The notes below the pieces were generated by a model. That model was not told where the DNA came from and searched no databases. It saw only the letters and a list, made by a program, of their open reading frames with translations. This document shows, in pieces, positions 18,630-27,623 of a stretch of 64,000 bases of DNA. Both the position numbers and the translations under genes were made by a program. The stretch's first letter is position 1, and every line of letters starts with the position of its first letter. This DNA is from Nitrospirota bacterium (lineage in GTDB: Bacteria; Nitrospirota; Nitrospiria; SBBL01; JAADHI01), in contig JAJDBV010000068.1 of NCBI GenBank assembly GCA_029261165.1, forward strand, positions 5 to 64,004. The letters are read 5' to 3'.

Positions 18630-19376
18630 TCAATGATGACTTATAGAATCAGATACGCCGGCATTTCTACGATAGCCATGAAGCAAGGCCGGCCAGTTCT
18701 CATCGAGGGAAAAAAATAATTGGTCACTCCTGGCAAGCTTTCTCAGCGATCGTCGCAGGCGAGCGAGGTTTGCTTTTTTCCAAGCAGTCCCCCAGGAACG
18801 GTATCGACCCTTGTCAAAATCGATGAGGAAGACCGACCCTTCATCATCCAGCAAGATGTTGTGGGCATTGAGATCGGCATGGTAAATGCCGGCGTCGTGA
18901 AACCTCCGGATGCATCCTCCAATCCGTCGCCACGCCTCATCACCAAAAGCGGCCTCGGCCAGGCATCTTGCCAGCGAACGGCTGTCGGCCAGAAATTTGG
19001 TCAACAAGTCCGCCTGGTAATACCACCCCTGACAGACAACATGTGCCGCGACGGGACGCGGCACGGGCAGACCTTGTTGATGCATTTGCGCAAGCAAGTA
19101 CCACTCCCGCCATGCCCGGCTTTGGTCAAGACCGAACCACAAATATTGATCGGCAATCAGTTTCCCGACAACTCCCCCGCGCCGGTAATGACGCAGCGCA
19201 TATTCCCGTTTCCCATCACCGACGAAAAAAGTTGTTCCCCGACCCTGGGCCTGCGCAAAAATACCGCCACGCTCCTGCCATGCGGAGGGGTCAAAAAAGC
19301 CAGGGCCAGCATCACTAAGAACCGAGCTGTCATATAGGATATGATGTTTTTCAACACGCTTATAAGTAGGGGTCAT
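18630..19376 (-). CDS. kdkA: 3-deoxy-D-manno-octulosonic acid (Kdo) kinase
   Basis: ALRHYRRGGVVGKL..., kinase catalytic loop IYHADLNAHNILLDDEGSVFLIDFDKG, 248 aa. GC-rich relative to neighbours. Confidence 0.85.
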   Translation of the reverse strand: MTPTYKRVEKHHILYDSSVLSDAGPGFFDPSAWQERGGIFAQAQGRGTTFFVGDGKREYALRHYRRGGVVGKLIADQYLWFGLDQSRAWREWYLLAQMHQQGLPVPRPVAAHVVCQGWYYQADLLTKFLADSRSLARCLAEAAFGDEAWRRIGGCIRRFHDAGIYHADLNAHNILLDDEGSVFLIDFDKGRYRSWGTAWKKANLARLRRSLRKLARSDQLFFSLDENWPALLHGYRRNAGVSDSISHH

Positions 19377-20456
19377 CCTTTGGCCCTGCCGTTATTATCT
19401 GCGCCGAAATCACTATGCCTGCTACGGCTTTCAGCACTGGGGGATGTATGTCACATCATTCCGATTGTAAGGACATTACAGGCCCGGTGGCCCGAAACCC
19501 GACTCACCTGGGTCATTGGTAGACTGGAGGCGGAATTGGTCGGTGATATCCCTGGTGTGGAGTTTATCATCTTTGACAAGGCGAAGGGTTTGGCTGCTTA
19601 CCATAAACTTCGCAAGGCAATGACAGGGCGCAATTTCGACATCCTGCTCCACATGCAAACATCACTGCGCGCAACCGCCGCCAGCACACTGATCCGGGCA
19701 GACATCCGCCTCGGTTTTGACCGGACACGCGCCAGGGACGGACAATGGGTCTTCACCAATCACAAGATTGCACCAGGGTCACGGCAACATGTACTTGATA
19801 GCTTTTTCAGTTTCCTCAAAGCCTTAGGCATAGAAGAACAACGACTCTTATGGAATATTCCCATCCCCCCGGAGGCCGAGGCATTCTCGGAAGAACATTT
19901 CTCTGGAGATCATTCGACGCTCGTGATTAGCCCTTGTTCAAGCGCACGCTTTCGGAACTTCCGTAATTGGGATGCCGCCAGGTACGCCGTTATCGCTGAT
20001 CACGCGGCGGAAAAATACGGGTTACGCCTTGTCCTCAGCGGCGGCCGCAGTGCCATAGAAAAAGAATATGGAAAAAACATCTCATCTTTGATAAAGAATA
20101 GGGCGTTAAATCTCATCGGGAAGACGGGACTCAAGGAACTTCTTGCCGTCCTCAAGAAGGCAACGGTCTTGATCTCACCCGATTCCGGACCTGCACACAT
20201 AGCAACTGCCGTGGGCACTCCGGTCATCGGCCTATACGCCACATCAAATCCCGCAAGGACCGGCCCCTACCTCAGCCAAAAATGGGTGGTGAATAAATAT
20301 CCCGAATCGGTACGTGAAGAATTTAAAAAAAGCGTTAATGAAATTCCATGGGGCCGACGGGTGCGCAACCCGAAGGCCATGGAAAGTATCACCACCGCGG
20401 ATGTCATCTACAAGCTGGATGAACTCATGCGCCACTTAGGGTTTGTCCCGAAATAA
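19341..20456 (+). CDS. Family 9 glycosyltransferase (heptosyltransferase, WaaC/OpsX-like)
   Basis: RLSALGDVCHIIPIVRTLQARWP...TWVIG and C-terminal SPDSGPAHIATAVGTPVIGLY. The ATG at 19341 overlaps the divergent kdkA start by 36 nt. An in-frame TTG at 19380 is an alternative start. Confidence 0.8.
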   Translation: MMFFNTLISRGHPLALPLLSAPKSLCLLRLSALGDVCHIIPIVRTLQARWPETRLTWVIGRLEAELVGDIPGVEFIIFDKAKGLAAYHKLRKAMTGRNFDILLHMQTSLRATAASTLIRADIRLGFDRTRARDGQWVFTNHKIAPGSRQHVLDSFFSFLKALGIEEQRLLWNIPIPPEAEAFSEEHFSGDHSTLVISPCSSARFRNFRNWDAARYAVIADHAAEKYGLRLVLSGGRSAIEKEYGKNISSLIKNRALNLIGKTGLKELLAVLKKATVLISPDSGPAHIATAVGTPVIGLYATSNPARTGPYLSQKWVVNKYPESVREEFKKSVNEIPWGRRVRNPKAMESITTADVIYKLDELMRHLGFVPK

Positions 20457-20465
20457 CATCACACA

Positions 20466-21545
20466 TCAAGCCTCTGGACGCAACGTGCCCGCCAATATCT
20501 TCTTATAAATTCTTAAGTATGCCACTACGGTGCTCTCCCAATTGAAGCACTCTGCATATTCTTTAATCTTATTAGAAAGGTTGGGGTTCGCTCTAAATTC
20601 CGCCATTTTCGTCAGGAAGACTTTCTTCATTATTTCAGGGGAAAAATCTTTCCAGTAATACGCATAGTCCCCTCCTATCTCTGGAAGGGACGAATATGTC
20701 GAGAGAAAAACAGGTTTTCCAAAGCGCATCGCCTCCAAAACAGGCATACCAAAACCTTCATATTTAGACGGAAAAACAAAGGCTTCGCAATGACAATAAA
20801 GCCATCTTTTTTCCTCTTCACTGACCGTTCCAGGAAGAATAACGCGTCCTCTCAATCCGAGCGCTTCAACCTTTTTTTCAATCATTCTCGCATACTCTGA
20901 GTCTTTTCGCCCCGCGATGACCAATTGATAGTCCGGCAAACACTCCATAAAATCAAGCAGAACAGCAAAGTTTTTTTTGTCTAAAATCGTTCCCATGGAA
21001 AATAAGAATTTATCAGAGAGAGGAAAGTTTATTCTTTTCTGCGGACCTTCGGATAGGTCGACCCCTTGATAAACTGTAAAGACGGGTATCTCTTCATTGC
21101 CACGTTTTAAGTTGAGATTCTTCCGAACGATCTCCTCGGTGAATTTGGAAATAACAGTAAGCGCAGAGGCTCTTGATACCTTTTGCTGCAATTTTTTCAG
21201 CCTCTTACGCGCTTTACCTTCTCGTTTTTCCTCTAAAAAGTTTAGATCGTGAATTGTTAGAACATAGGGAGTCGATCGACTGGCAGGAAAGTATGCTGAA
21301 TCTTGATGTATGGCATGCCATAGGTCATATTTTTTACACATAAAAGGAAAATATCGGCGTCTCAGCGAAAGCGGCTCAGATTCGGCTTTGAAAACACGAC
21401 TAAAATTCTGAGGCAACAAAAAATTTATTTCGATATTTCCATCATCGTATCCATCCAGTTTCTTTCCTAACTGGTAAGAAACCTGCCCGAGTCCACAATA
21501 TAGATCCTTCAACTTTCCCAGATCCAACAAAACAGTTTTTTTCAT
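20466..21545 (-). CDS. Family 4 (group 1) glycosyltransferase
   Basis: EX7E region FPSKYEGFGMPVLEAMRFGKPV. Start set at ATG 21543-45 (MKKTVLLDLGKL); the track ORF starts at GTG 21569. Confidence 0.8.
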   Translation of the reverse strand: MKKTVLLDLGKLKDLYCGLGQVSYQLGKKLDGYDDGNIEINFLLPQNFSRVFKAESEPLSLRRRYFPFMCKKYDLWHAIHQDSAYFPASRSTPYVLTIHDLNFLEEKREGKARKRLKKLQQKVSRASALTVISKFTEEIVRKNLNLKRGNEEIPVFTVYQGVDLSEGPQKRINFPLSDKFLFSMGTILDKKNFAVLLDFMECLPDYQLVIAGRKDSEYARMIEKKVEALGLRGRVILPGTVSEEEKRWLYCHCEAFVFPSKYEGFGMPVLEAMRFGKPVFLSTYSSLPEIGGDYAYYWKDFSPEIMKKVFLTKMAEFRANPNLSNKIKEYAECFNWESTVVAYLRIYKKILAGTLRPEA

Positions 21546-21605
21546 ACACCCTAATCCAAGCGAAATCACCTAAAATCGGTCATCCCAATCATCTAAAACA
21601 GATTA

Positions 21606-22847
21606 TCAAGAAACCTGACGGGGAACGTGCTGCTTTGAAGCAACCAGATTTTCATAGAGAGCAATCGTTTCTCTGACCGTCCTTTCAATATTGAAATGCT
21701 CCGCAATCCGTTTCTTCGCACTTTCACCAAAAAGCTTTCGAAGATCGGCATCCCGGAATAGACGGCTGATGGATACTGCAATGGCCTCCGGGTCATCCGG
21801 TCGCACCACGAAACCACATTCTCCATCGACGACAAGCTCTCGTAATCCCCCAGCGTCAGTCACAACGGCAGGAACCTCTTGGGCCATCGCCTCAATAATC
21901 GCTTTCGTCAAGCCCTCGCGCCCCCGGGAAGGCATCGCCGCGATATGACATTGCCCGATGATTGCAGGTGCCTCACGCTGGTAGCCGGCAAAGTGAATCC
22001 GGTGGGAAATTCTCGGATCATTCGCCAGTTTTTTGATAAGAGGGTCGCGGACTTCTCCGATCAAAAGAAAATGCACCGGAGACGCCTCCGGCAAGAAATG
22101 AGCTGCCCGGACGAGTACGTCAACCCCCTTGACGCGTCTCATATTCGCCGTGCAACCAACCACGAAGGCCCCCGGAGGAATTCCAAATTCCCCCAAATCG
22201 ACCTTGACGAGATTTTCATACCATTTCAGATCGTGCCCTTTATAAATCCTCAAAAGTTTTTCTGCCTTTACCCCTGCAGATAATAGGTCTTCCTTTACAG
22301 CATCGGAGACACAAACGACCCGATCGACTCTCGGGTTGAGCCATTTTAGCCACGAACCCGGATCCCATCGGTGGACATGTCCGATGGCGCCTCGATAGGA
22401 AACAAGCTTAACACCTGTCCCATAAGCGGCCCAGAGGCTATTGGTCAGCGGGCGATTGGCTAATGTATGAACAATACCAAAACCTTCTTTGAGAATCATT
22501 TTCCGAAGCGTTTTGATGCCCGCCCAGTCAAAACGGGAATGAAACGTCAATGGAATTGTTGGAACCTTCCATTTCTCCAGCTTTCCCTTGTCCTGAGAGG
22601 AAAGGTCCGAAATGAAAACGAGATCAACCCCGGCCTCATAGAGGCGCTTCACTAACTCTATCTCCGTTATATGGCTCCCCCTAGAGATGATCAGCACACG
22701 ATAACGGCTCCTGCGGTCTGGTCTTCTGTTTGAAGACAAGGCGCGTTCTCTTCCCATTGGTTCTTTTATTACACTTTTTGAATTCACAGCGTCCTCATTA
22801 GGCCTCACGAACCACGACAGATCTTCTATGCTTTGGCCAATCGACAA
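21606..22847 (-). CDS. Family 4 (group 1) glycosyltransferase
   Basis: MPSRGREGLTKAIIEAMAQEVPAVVTDAGG (EX7E region). The TTG start at 22847 is uncertain; an internal ATG at 22757 is possible. Confidence 0.8.
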   Translation of the reverse strand: MSIGQSIEDLSWFVRPNEDAVNSKSVIKEPMGRERALSSNRRPDRRSRYRVLIISRGSHITEIELVKRLYEAGVDLVFISDLSSQDKGKLEKWKVPTIPLTFHSRFDWAGIKTLRKMILKEGFGIVHTLANRPLTNSLWAAYGTGVKLVSYRGAIGHVHRWDPGSWLKWLNPRVDRVVCVSDAVKEDLLSAGVKAEKLLRIYKGHDLKWYENLVKVDLGEFGIPPGAFVVGCTANMRRVKGVDVLVRAAHFLPEASPVHFLLIGEVRDPLIKKLANDPRISHRIHFAGYQREAPAIIGQCHIAAMPSRGREGLTKAIIEAMAQEVPAVVTDAGGLRELVVDGECGFVVRPDDPEAIAVSISRLFRDADLRKLFGESAKKRIAEHFNIERTVRETIALYENLVASKQHVPRQVS

Positions 22848-22892
22848 TCTGGTCTACCTTGTCTTCAAATGTCACAACCATCTGTATTATCA

Positions 22893-23846
22893 TTACAGCT
22901 CCGACCCGCTTACGGGTTCGTTCAAGGCTTTCGTCGGCTTTTCTGAGCTTGGCAGTGAAGAAGGGGGCGACGTCTTCCACCGCCGATGTACCCAGAACCA
23001 ATGGTCCGGATACTTGCGGACATACGACTCGATCTTTCGCGTAAAAAGCGCGGTGACTTCAAGGATATCTCGCTTCAGAGTGCCGGTTCGATTCAAAACC
23101 AAGGGCTTCTCAATGACCAGCCGGTGCCCTCCATTTTGTCGAATCATAAACACCGGGACAACCGGGGCCTGGGTCCGAAGCGCCAGAATTGCCAAGCCTT
23201 TGTGGGTCGCAGCCGGCCTCCCAAAATAATCGACGAAGACCGCTTCACTTCCCGACTTGTTCTGATCCAGCAAAAAACCGACCGAGACACCTTTTTTGAG
23301 CAACTTAACAAGCTCCACTGCCGGTGCCGTCTTTTTATTGATGACAAAATTTCCATACCGCTCCCGCCATCCCTTAATCATCCGATCCAAATAGCAATTA
23401 TCAATCGGCCGGACGACAACATGCATTGCAACGCCCCGAATCGCCAAGACTGTCCCCATCCACTCCCAATTCCCGAAATGGGCCGATAACAGGATCACCC
23501 CCTTTCCCTGCGCCCGAGCCGCCAGGTAATGTTCGAACCCATCAACCTCAACCTTTTCCAGGATTCGCTGCCGTGTCCACGTTGGAAGAAGCGTAAATTC
23601 TACAGCTGACCGCCCCAGGTTCTGGAACGAACTCAAGGCGATCTGCCTCAACTCGTTCTCAGTATTTCTGTCTCCCAATGCAAATTGCAGATTATCGAGT
23701 GCAACCCGTCGATGCCGTCGATCAAGATAGTAAAATAACCTTCCAAGGATGCTCCCGATCCATACAGAAAGCCAAGAAGGAAAAAATCGAAAAAACCAAA
23801 TTATGATGCGGACGGAAACATATTGAAATAACTGTACCATTAACAT
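22893..23846 (-). CDS. lpxL: Lipid A secondary (lauroyl/myristoyl-type) acyltransferase, LpxL/HtrB family
   Basis: N-terminal TM, then LGRLFYYLDRRHRRVALDNLQFALG and the HxxxxD-type region SAHFGNWEW. 317 aa. Confidence 0.8.
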   Translation of the reverse strand: MLMVQLFQYVSVRIIIWFFRFFPSWLSVWIGSILGRLFYYLDRRHRRVALDNLQFALGDRNTENELRQIALSSFQNLGRSAVEFTLLPTWTRQRILEKVEVDGFEHYLAARAQGKGVILLSAHFGNWEWMGTVLAIRGVAMHVVVRPIDNCYLDRMIKGWRERYGNFVINKKTAPAVELVKLLKKGVSVGFLLDQNKSGSEAVFVDYFGRPAATHKGLAILALRTQAPVVPVFMIRQNGGHRLVIEKPLVLNRTGTLKRDILEVTALFTRKIESYVRKYPDHWFWVHRRWKTSPPSSLPSSEKPTKALNEPVSGSEL

Positions 23847-23907
23847 TTCCTGTTTTAATTTTAAGATCCTTTAGGAGGAAACGGGTTTTTCATCTTACGA
23901 ATTCTTC

Positions 23908-24447
23908 CTATACGATCCATCCCTTAACCAGAAAAAGAAAGACCCCACCGACGATTCTCTGCCAACGCGCCAATTCACAGTTCACCATGACACGGCTCCA
24001 CCGAAACCCGCTAAAATCGAAACGCTTCCAACGAGGAAATAACCTGGGAACGCGATCGACATAATCTTCATAATTTTTTCCAAAATGATGAGAAAGATCT
24101 GCCTCCTCTTCGTACATCGTTATCGTGAAAATGAGGTACAGTCCTGCCAACAGCAATATCCCGCCCAAGACACTGTTCCCTATGAAGGCAAATCCGATCC
24201 CTATGATGATATTCCCGAGGTAGAGGGGGTGTCGCGTCATGGCGTAAGGCCCGCGGGTCTGTAAAAAAATGTTTTTCTCAAGAAACCCTGATGACCAGGT
24301 CCGAACCGTCTCCCCCAGGAGAACAATTGGAAGTCCAATCTGAAATGAGATCAAGGAAGGAGAGGACAGGAGAAAAAAAATAAGGCCCAGCAGGACAGTC
24401 CATCTTCTCCGATGATCTCTAACCAATTGGCGGATCGTACCGGTCAC
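23908..24447 (-). CDS. ICMT/PEMT-family membrane methyltransferase (LmtA-like candidate)
   Basis: Multi-span protein with RTWSSGF...L.TRGPYAMTRHPLYLGNIIIGIGFA and a C-terminal EEADLSHHFGKNYEDY. Start placed at the GTG overlapping the trm112 stop (GTGA); the track ATG at 24528 would overlap trm112 by 85 nt. Confidence 0.65.
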   Translation of the reverse strand: MTGTIRQLVRDHRRRWTVLLGLIFFLLSSPSLISFQIGLPIVLLGETVRTWSSGFLEKNIFLQTRGPYAMTRHPLYLGNIIIGIGFAFIGNSVLGGILLLAGLYLIFTITMYEEEADLSHHFGKNYEDYVDRVPRLFPRWKRFDFSGFRWSRVMVNCELARWQRIVGGVFLFLVKGWIV

Positions 24448-24626
24448 TCCGAGGAACCTTCGACCTTGATCGCTTCGTCGATCAACATCACCGGGATCTC
24501 CTCCCGAATTGGATACATTAGCAGGCACGAATTACAGACCAGGCCCTCCCCTCCCTGATGGAGATGAATCTCCCCCTTACATTTAGGACAGGCTAAGATG
24601 TCGAGCAGTTCTTCACTGATTCCCAT
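24444..24626 (-). CDS. Trm112/YcaR-family small zinc-ribbon protein (UPF0434)
   Basis: MGISEELLDILACPKCKGEIHL....GLVCNSCLLMYPIREEIPVMLIDEA. Strong Shine-Dalgarno GGAGGAGAAAGGA before ATG 24624-26. Confidence 0.8.
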   Translation of the reverse strand: MGISEELLDILACPKCKGEIHLHQGGEGLVCNSCLLMYPIREEIPVMLIDEAIKVEGSSE

Positions 24627-24736
24627 TCCTTTCTCCTCCATCATGAGATTCTGGAACATAATTGAACACCCTTGGCGATTATCGATTTCCACATTCCAGA
24701 GCGAGGTTATTCAAAAAAAGAGGGGGAGAGCTTCAA

Positions 24737-25801
24737 CTATTTCCAGCTCCGTCCGGTCTCCTCGATTTCTCCCCATCTCCCGCTGATCTCCTCGATCACG
24801 TCTTCCACCAAAATCGAATTCATACATTTCTTCTCTTGTATACACCTGTCTCTTCGGCACCCGGTACAATCCACTTCCTTCCGAATGACCGTGTTCCGGG
24901 AACCATAGGGGCCAACCTTCTTCGGATCGGTCGGGCCAAAAAGCGCAAAGACAGGCGTCCCCATGGCAGCGGCAAGATGCATCGGACCTGAGTCATTACA
25001 AACAAAAAAATACGCCCGTTTACTGAGCTCCGCCAACTCGATGAGTGAAGTCTTTCCGGCAAGGTTTACTGCTGATTGTTTCATCGAAGAGATGATCTGA
25101 TCGATCTCAGACCTCTCCTCATGACTACCGACAAAAAGTAAGGAAACCTTCTTCTCTCCAACCAACCAGTCTCCAAGCTTCGCAAATCGCTCTCTATCCC
25201 ATTTCTTGTTTTCCCATCGAGCCATCGGATGGATTAAGACAAATGGGGCTGATTTTAATAAGCCGGCCCATGCCATCAAACGATCGACAGAAGTAATCGC
25301 CTCCGTCAAAGGCTTAATCGCAAAATCAACCTGATCATCACTGGCACCCAAGGCCATGGAAACGCGCCGGTACCGATCGACGGCATGTTCTATCCCCTGC
25401 GGGATGGTGACACAGTCCGTGTAGAAAAATGGGGCACCTTCCCGACTATTTGCAAGACCGATTCGAACAGGTGCCCTTGAAAGAAATCCAAGCACTGCAC
25501 TTCTGAAGAGTCCTTGAAGATCAACGACAAGATCAAAGGACCTCCTTCGGACGGCATGGATCATGTCTTGAAGTGACTGCCACGAAAAAGGAAAGGCCAG
25601 GACCTCATCGATATAGGGATGGCCGTCAATAATCGGCCCCCACTCGGATTTGATCAGCCAGGAAATTCTTGCCTTCTTGAAACGTCTCCGAATTGCACCG
25701 ACCGCCGGAAGCGCATGAATAACATCCCCGAGGGAACTCGGCTTGACAATCAGGATCTCATGGAAATCGGTCTCATGCAATCTGTGTGTTTTGAGGGACA
25801 T
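24737..25801 (-). CDS. Family 9 glycosyltransferase (heptosyltransferase)
   Basis: ILIVKPSSLGDVIHALPAV... and CNDSGPMHLAAAMGTPVFALFGPTDP. Confidence 0.8.
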   Translation of the reverse strand: MSLKTHRLHETDFHEILIVKPSSLGDVIHALPAVGAIRRRFKKARISWLIKSEWGPIIDGHPYIDEVLAFPFSWQSLQDMIHAVRRRSFDLVVDLQGLFRSAVLGFLSRAPVRIGLANSREGAPFFYTDCVTIPQGIEHAVDRYRRVSMALGASDDQVDFAIKPLTEAITSVDRLMAWAGLLKSAPFVLIHPMARWENKKWDRERFAKLGDWLVGEKKVSLLFVGSHEERSEIDQIISSMKQSAVNLAGKTSLIELAELSKRAYFFVCNDSGPMHLAAAMGTPVFALFGPTDPKKVGPYGSRNTVIRKEVDCTGCRRDRCIQEKKCMNSILVEDVIEEISGRWGEIEETGRSWK

Positions 25802-25824
25802 TTACTCACCTCCTATCAAACGCC

Positions 25825-27438
25825 TCACGACGGAATGGTGAGTGGATTCTCCTTAACTCTCATGTCTTCCAATATCCACTCAACGGCCTCACCCAAGTGC
25901 TCGGAGACATGGTCCGGCTGTGTTCTCGATTGCTGCATTTCCTTAAGTGCCTCCCGGCCTTCTCCGGTTTGAACCAGAACCCCCTTTATCCCCTCGCGGG
26001 CCAGAGCCATATCGGTCGATTTATCTCCAACAATGTATGATCGAGAAAGGTCGACATGATGCTCTAGGGCCGCCCGCTCAATCATTCCCGGTAAGGGCTT
26101 CCGACATCGGCAAGTTGTCTTTTCAGGAGAATGAGGACAATAATATATGCCATTCAAAACGGCCCCTTCTCTCTCCAGGAGATCCCGTAGATAGCGATGG
26201 GCCTCAGCGACAAATTCCTCTGAAAAGAAACCGCGCCCCACCCCGGATTGATTGGTAATCAGAAAGACCGGAATACCTTCCCGGTTTAATTTCGCGATCC
26301 CGTCAACTGCCCCAGGAATGAGGGAGAATTGGTGAAGGCGACTCAAGTATCCGACATCTTCATTGATTGTCCCATCCCGATCTAAAAAGACGGCACCGGG
26401 TTTTCCCCGAAAACCGTCAAGAGACTTGAATGCCGATTGATAAACCTCTTCGGAAGATATACCCGTCATACAAGGATGGTCAATCGGACATTCCCTCGCC
26501 TTGCAAGGAGCGCATTCGACCTTGTTTTGTATCATTCGGGTATAGATCCCACCTGGTGACGTCTGGGTCGGGTCGGTCGGGCCGAATACGGCAACCACGG
26601 GAACACCCAAGGCCGAAGCCGCATGCATCGGACCTGAATCATTGGTGATTAAAAGTCGACATTTTGTCATCAAAGCCATCATCTCTCTCACACTTGTTTT
26701 CCCGGCCAGAACAACGGACGGGGTAAGCATGGCTTCGTGGATCGCACCGGCAATACCGGTCTCAAGAGGTCCGCCAAAAATAACAATTTTCGTCTGGAAA
26801 CGTTTCATTATTTGATCGGCTACGGCGGCGAAGCGCTCCGGGAACCAGCGTTTTGCCGATCCATAAGCAGCACCGGGGTGAATGCCGATTACACAATCCT
26901 CTTGCTTGATGCCGCATGACTCCAGAAATCTGGAAGCCGTCTTCCTTTCCTCCTCCGTAACCACAAGAAAAGGGGGACCTGAAAAGGGTCGGCCATCGAC
27001 CAATTTTATCAGGGCAAGATAGGCCTCCCGGTGATGATGCGGCGCGTCCTTCCTCCTCAACGAACGCGTTAACAATAACGACCTTCCATCCCCTGCATAT
27101 CCAACACGAACCGGAATACCGGCCGCCGCCGCGATGAGCGCCGCCTCAAAGGCATTTTGAAGCAAGAATGCGAGGTCAAAGTGCTCTTTTCGAAGAGCGC
27201 GGATCAGCGTCCACAACCCGGCCAGTCCGCGATGTTTCCCCCTATCTTCATAGACAAGAACACGATCCACATCGGGATGGCAAGCAAAGAGAGCGGCGAC
27301 GGATGGCTTCGCCAAAAGGACAATCTGTGCGCCATGAAACCGGGTCCGTAAAGCTGAGAGCGTTGGGATTGCCATCACCGCATCGCCGATCCAGTTCGGC
27401 ATTCGAATTAAAATTTTCTTATCGAATTTTTTATCCAT
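25825..27438 (-). CDS. Fusion protein: GT9 heptosyltransferase (N, about aa 1-340) plus D,D-heptose 1,7-bisphosphate phosphatase GmhB (C, about aa 347-537)
   Basis: N-terminal part: ILIRMPNWIGDAVMAIPTL...TNDSGPMHAASALGVPVVAVFGPTDP. C-terminal part: HAD motif I AVFLDRDGTIN, ITNQSGVGRG, Zn site CPHSPEKTTCRCRKPLPGM, and GDKSTD. Single uninterrupted ORF of 537 aa. Confidence 0.85.
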   Translation of the reverse strand: MDKKFDKKILIRMPNWIGDAVMAIPTLSALRTRFHGAQIVLLAKPSVAALFACHPDVDRVLVYEDRGKHRGLAGLWTLIRALRKEHFDLAFLLQNAFEAALIAAAAGIPVRVGYAGDGRSLLLTRSLRRKDAPHHHREAYLALIKLVDGRPFSGPPFLVVTEEERKTASRFLESCGIKQEDCVIGIHPGAAYGSAKRWFPERFAAVADQIMKRFQTKIVIFGGPLETGIAGAIHEAMLTPSVVLAGKTSVREMMALMTKCRLLITNDSGPMHAASALGVPVVAVFGPTDPTQTSPGGIYTRMIQNKVECAPCKARECPIDHPCMTGISSEEVYQSAFKSLDGFRGKPGAVFLDRDGTINEDVGYLSRLHQFSLIPGAVDGIAKLNREGIPVFLITNQSGVGRGFFSEEFVAEAHRYLRDLLEREGAVLNGIYYCPHSPEKTTCRCRKPLPGMIERAALEHHVDLSRSYIVGDKSTDMALAREGIKGVLVQTGEGREALKEMQQSRTQPDHVSEHLGEAVEWILEDMRVKENPLTIPS

Positions 27439-27623
27439 GACCTAGTTCATTTAACAATGGCCTAAATACTCCAATCTAACTTGAGATTCATGGCCAGTAT
27501 GCACCTGCACCCTTGCATTGATAAAAGAAAGATATGAAGGAACAAGCTCGGAGAAACCGATCAATAAACGGGCAAAGCTATATTCAAGACCTATCTTTCA
27601 TCTATATTTCATGCCCTAATATC

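Noticed and set aside
18720-19337. Long antisense ORFs in the track opposite well-supported genes. Examples are 18720-19337 (205 aa, opposite kdkA), 34466-35083 (205 aa, opposite lpxI), 36712-37254 (opposite lpxD), 37403-37954 (opposite skp/lpxD), 58185-58739 (opposite rpoD), 10199-10759 (opposite UXS) and 54996-55586 (opposite the PDZ gene).
   Set aside because: Each lies entirely within, and antisense to, a gene with clear family motifs. Their translations are low-complexity (Pro/Arg/Ser-rich) and have no recognisable domains or Shine-Dalgarno sequences. This is typical of stop-poor antisense frames.
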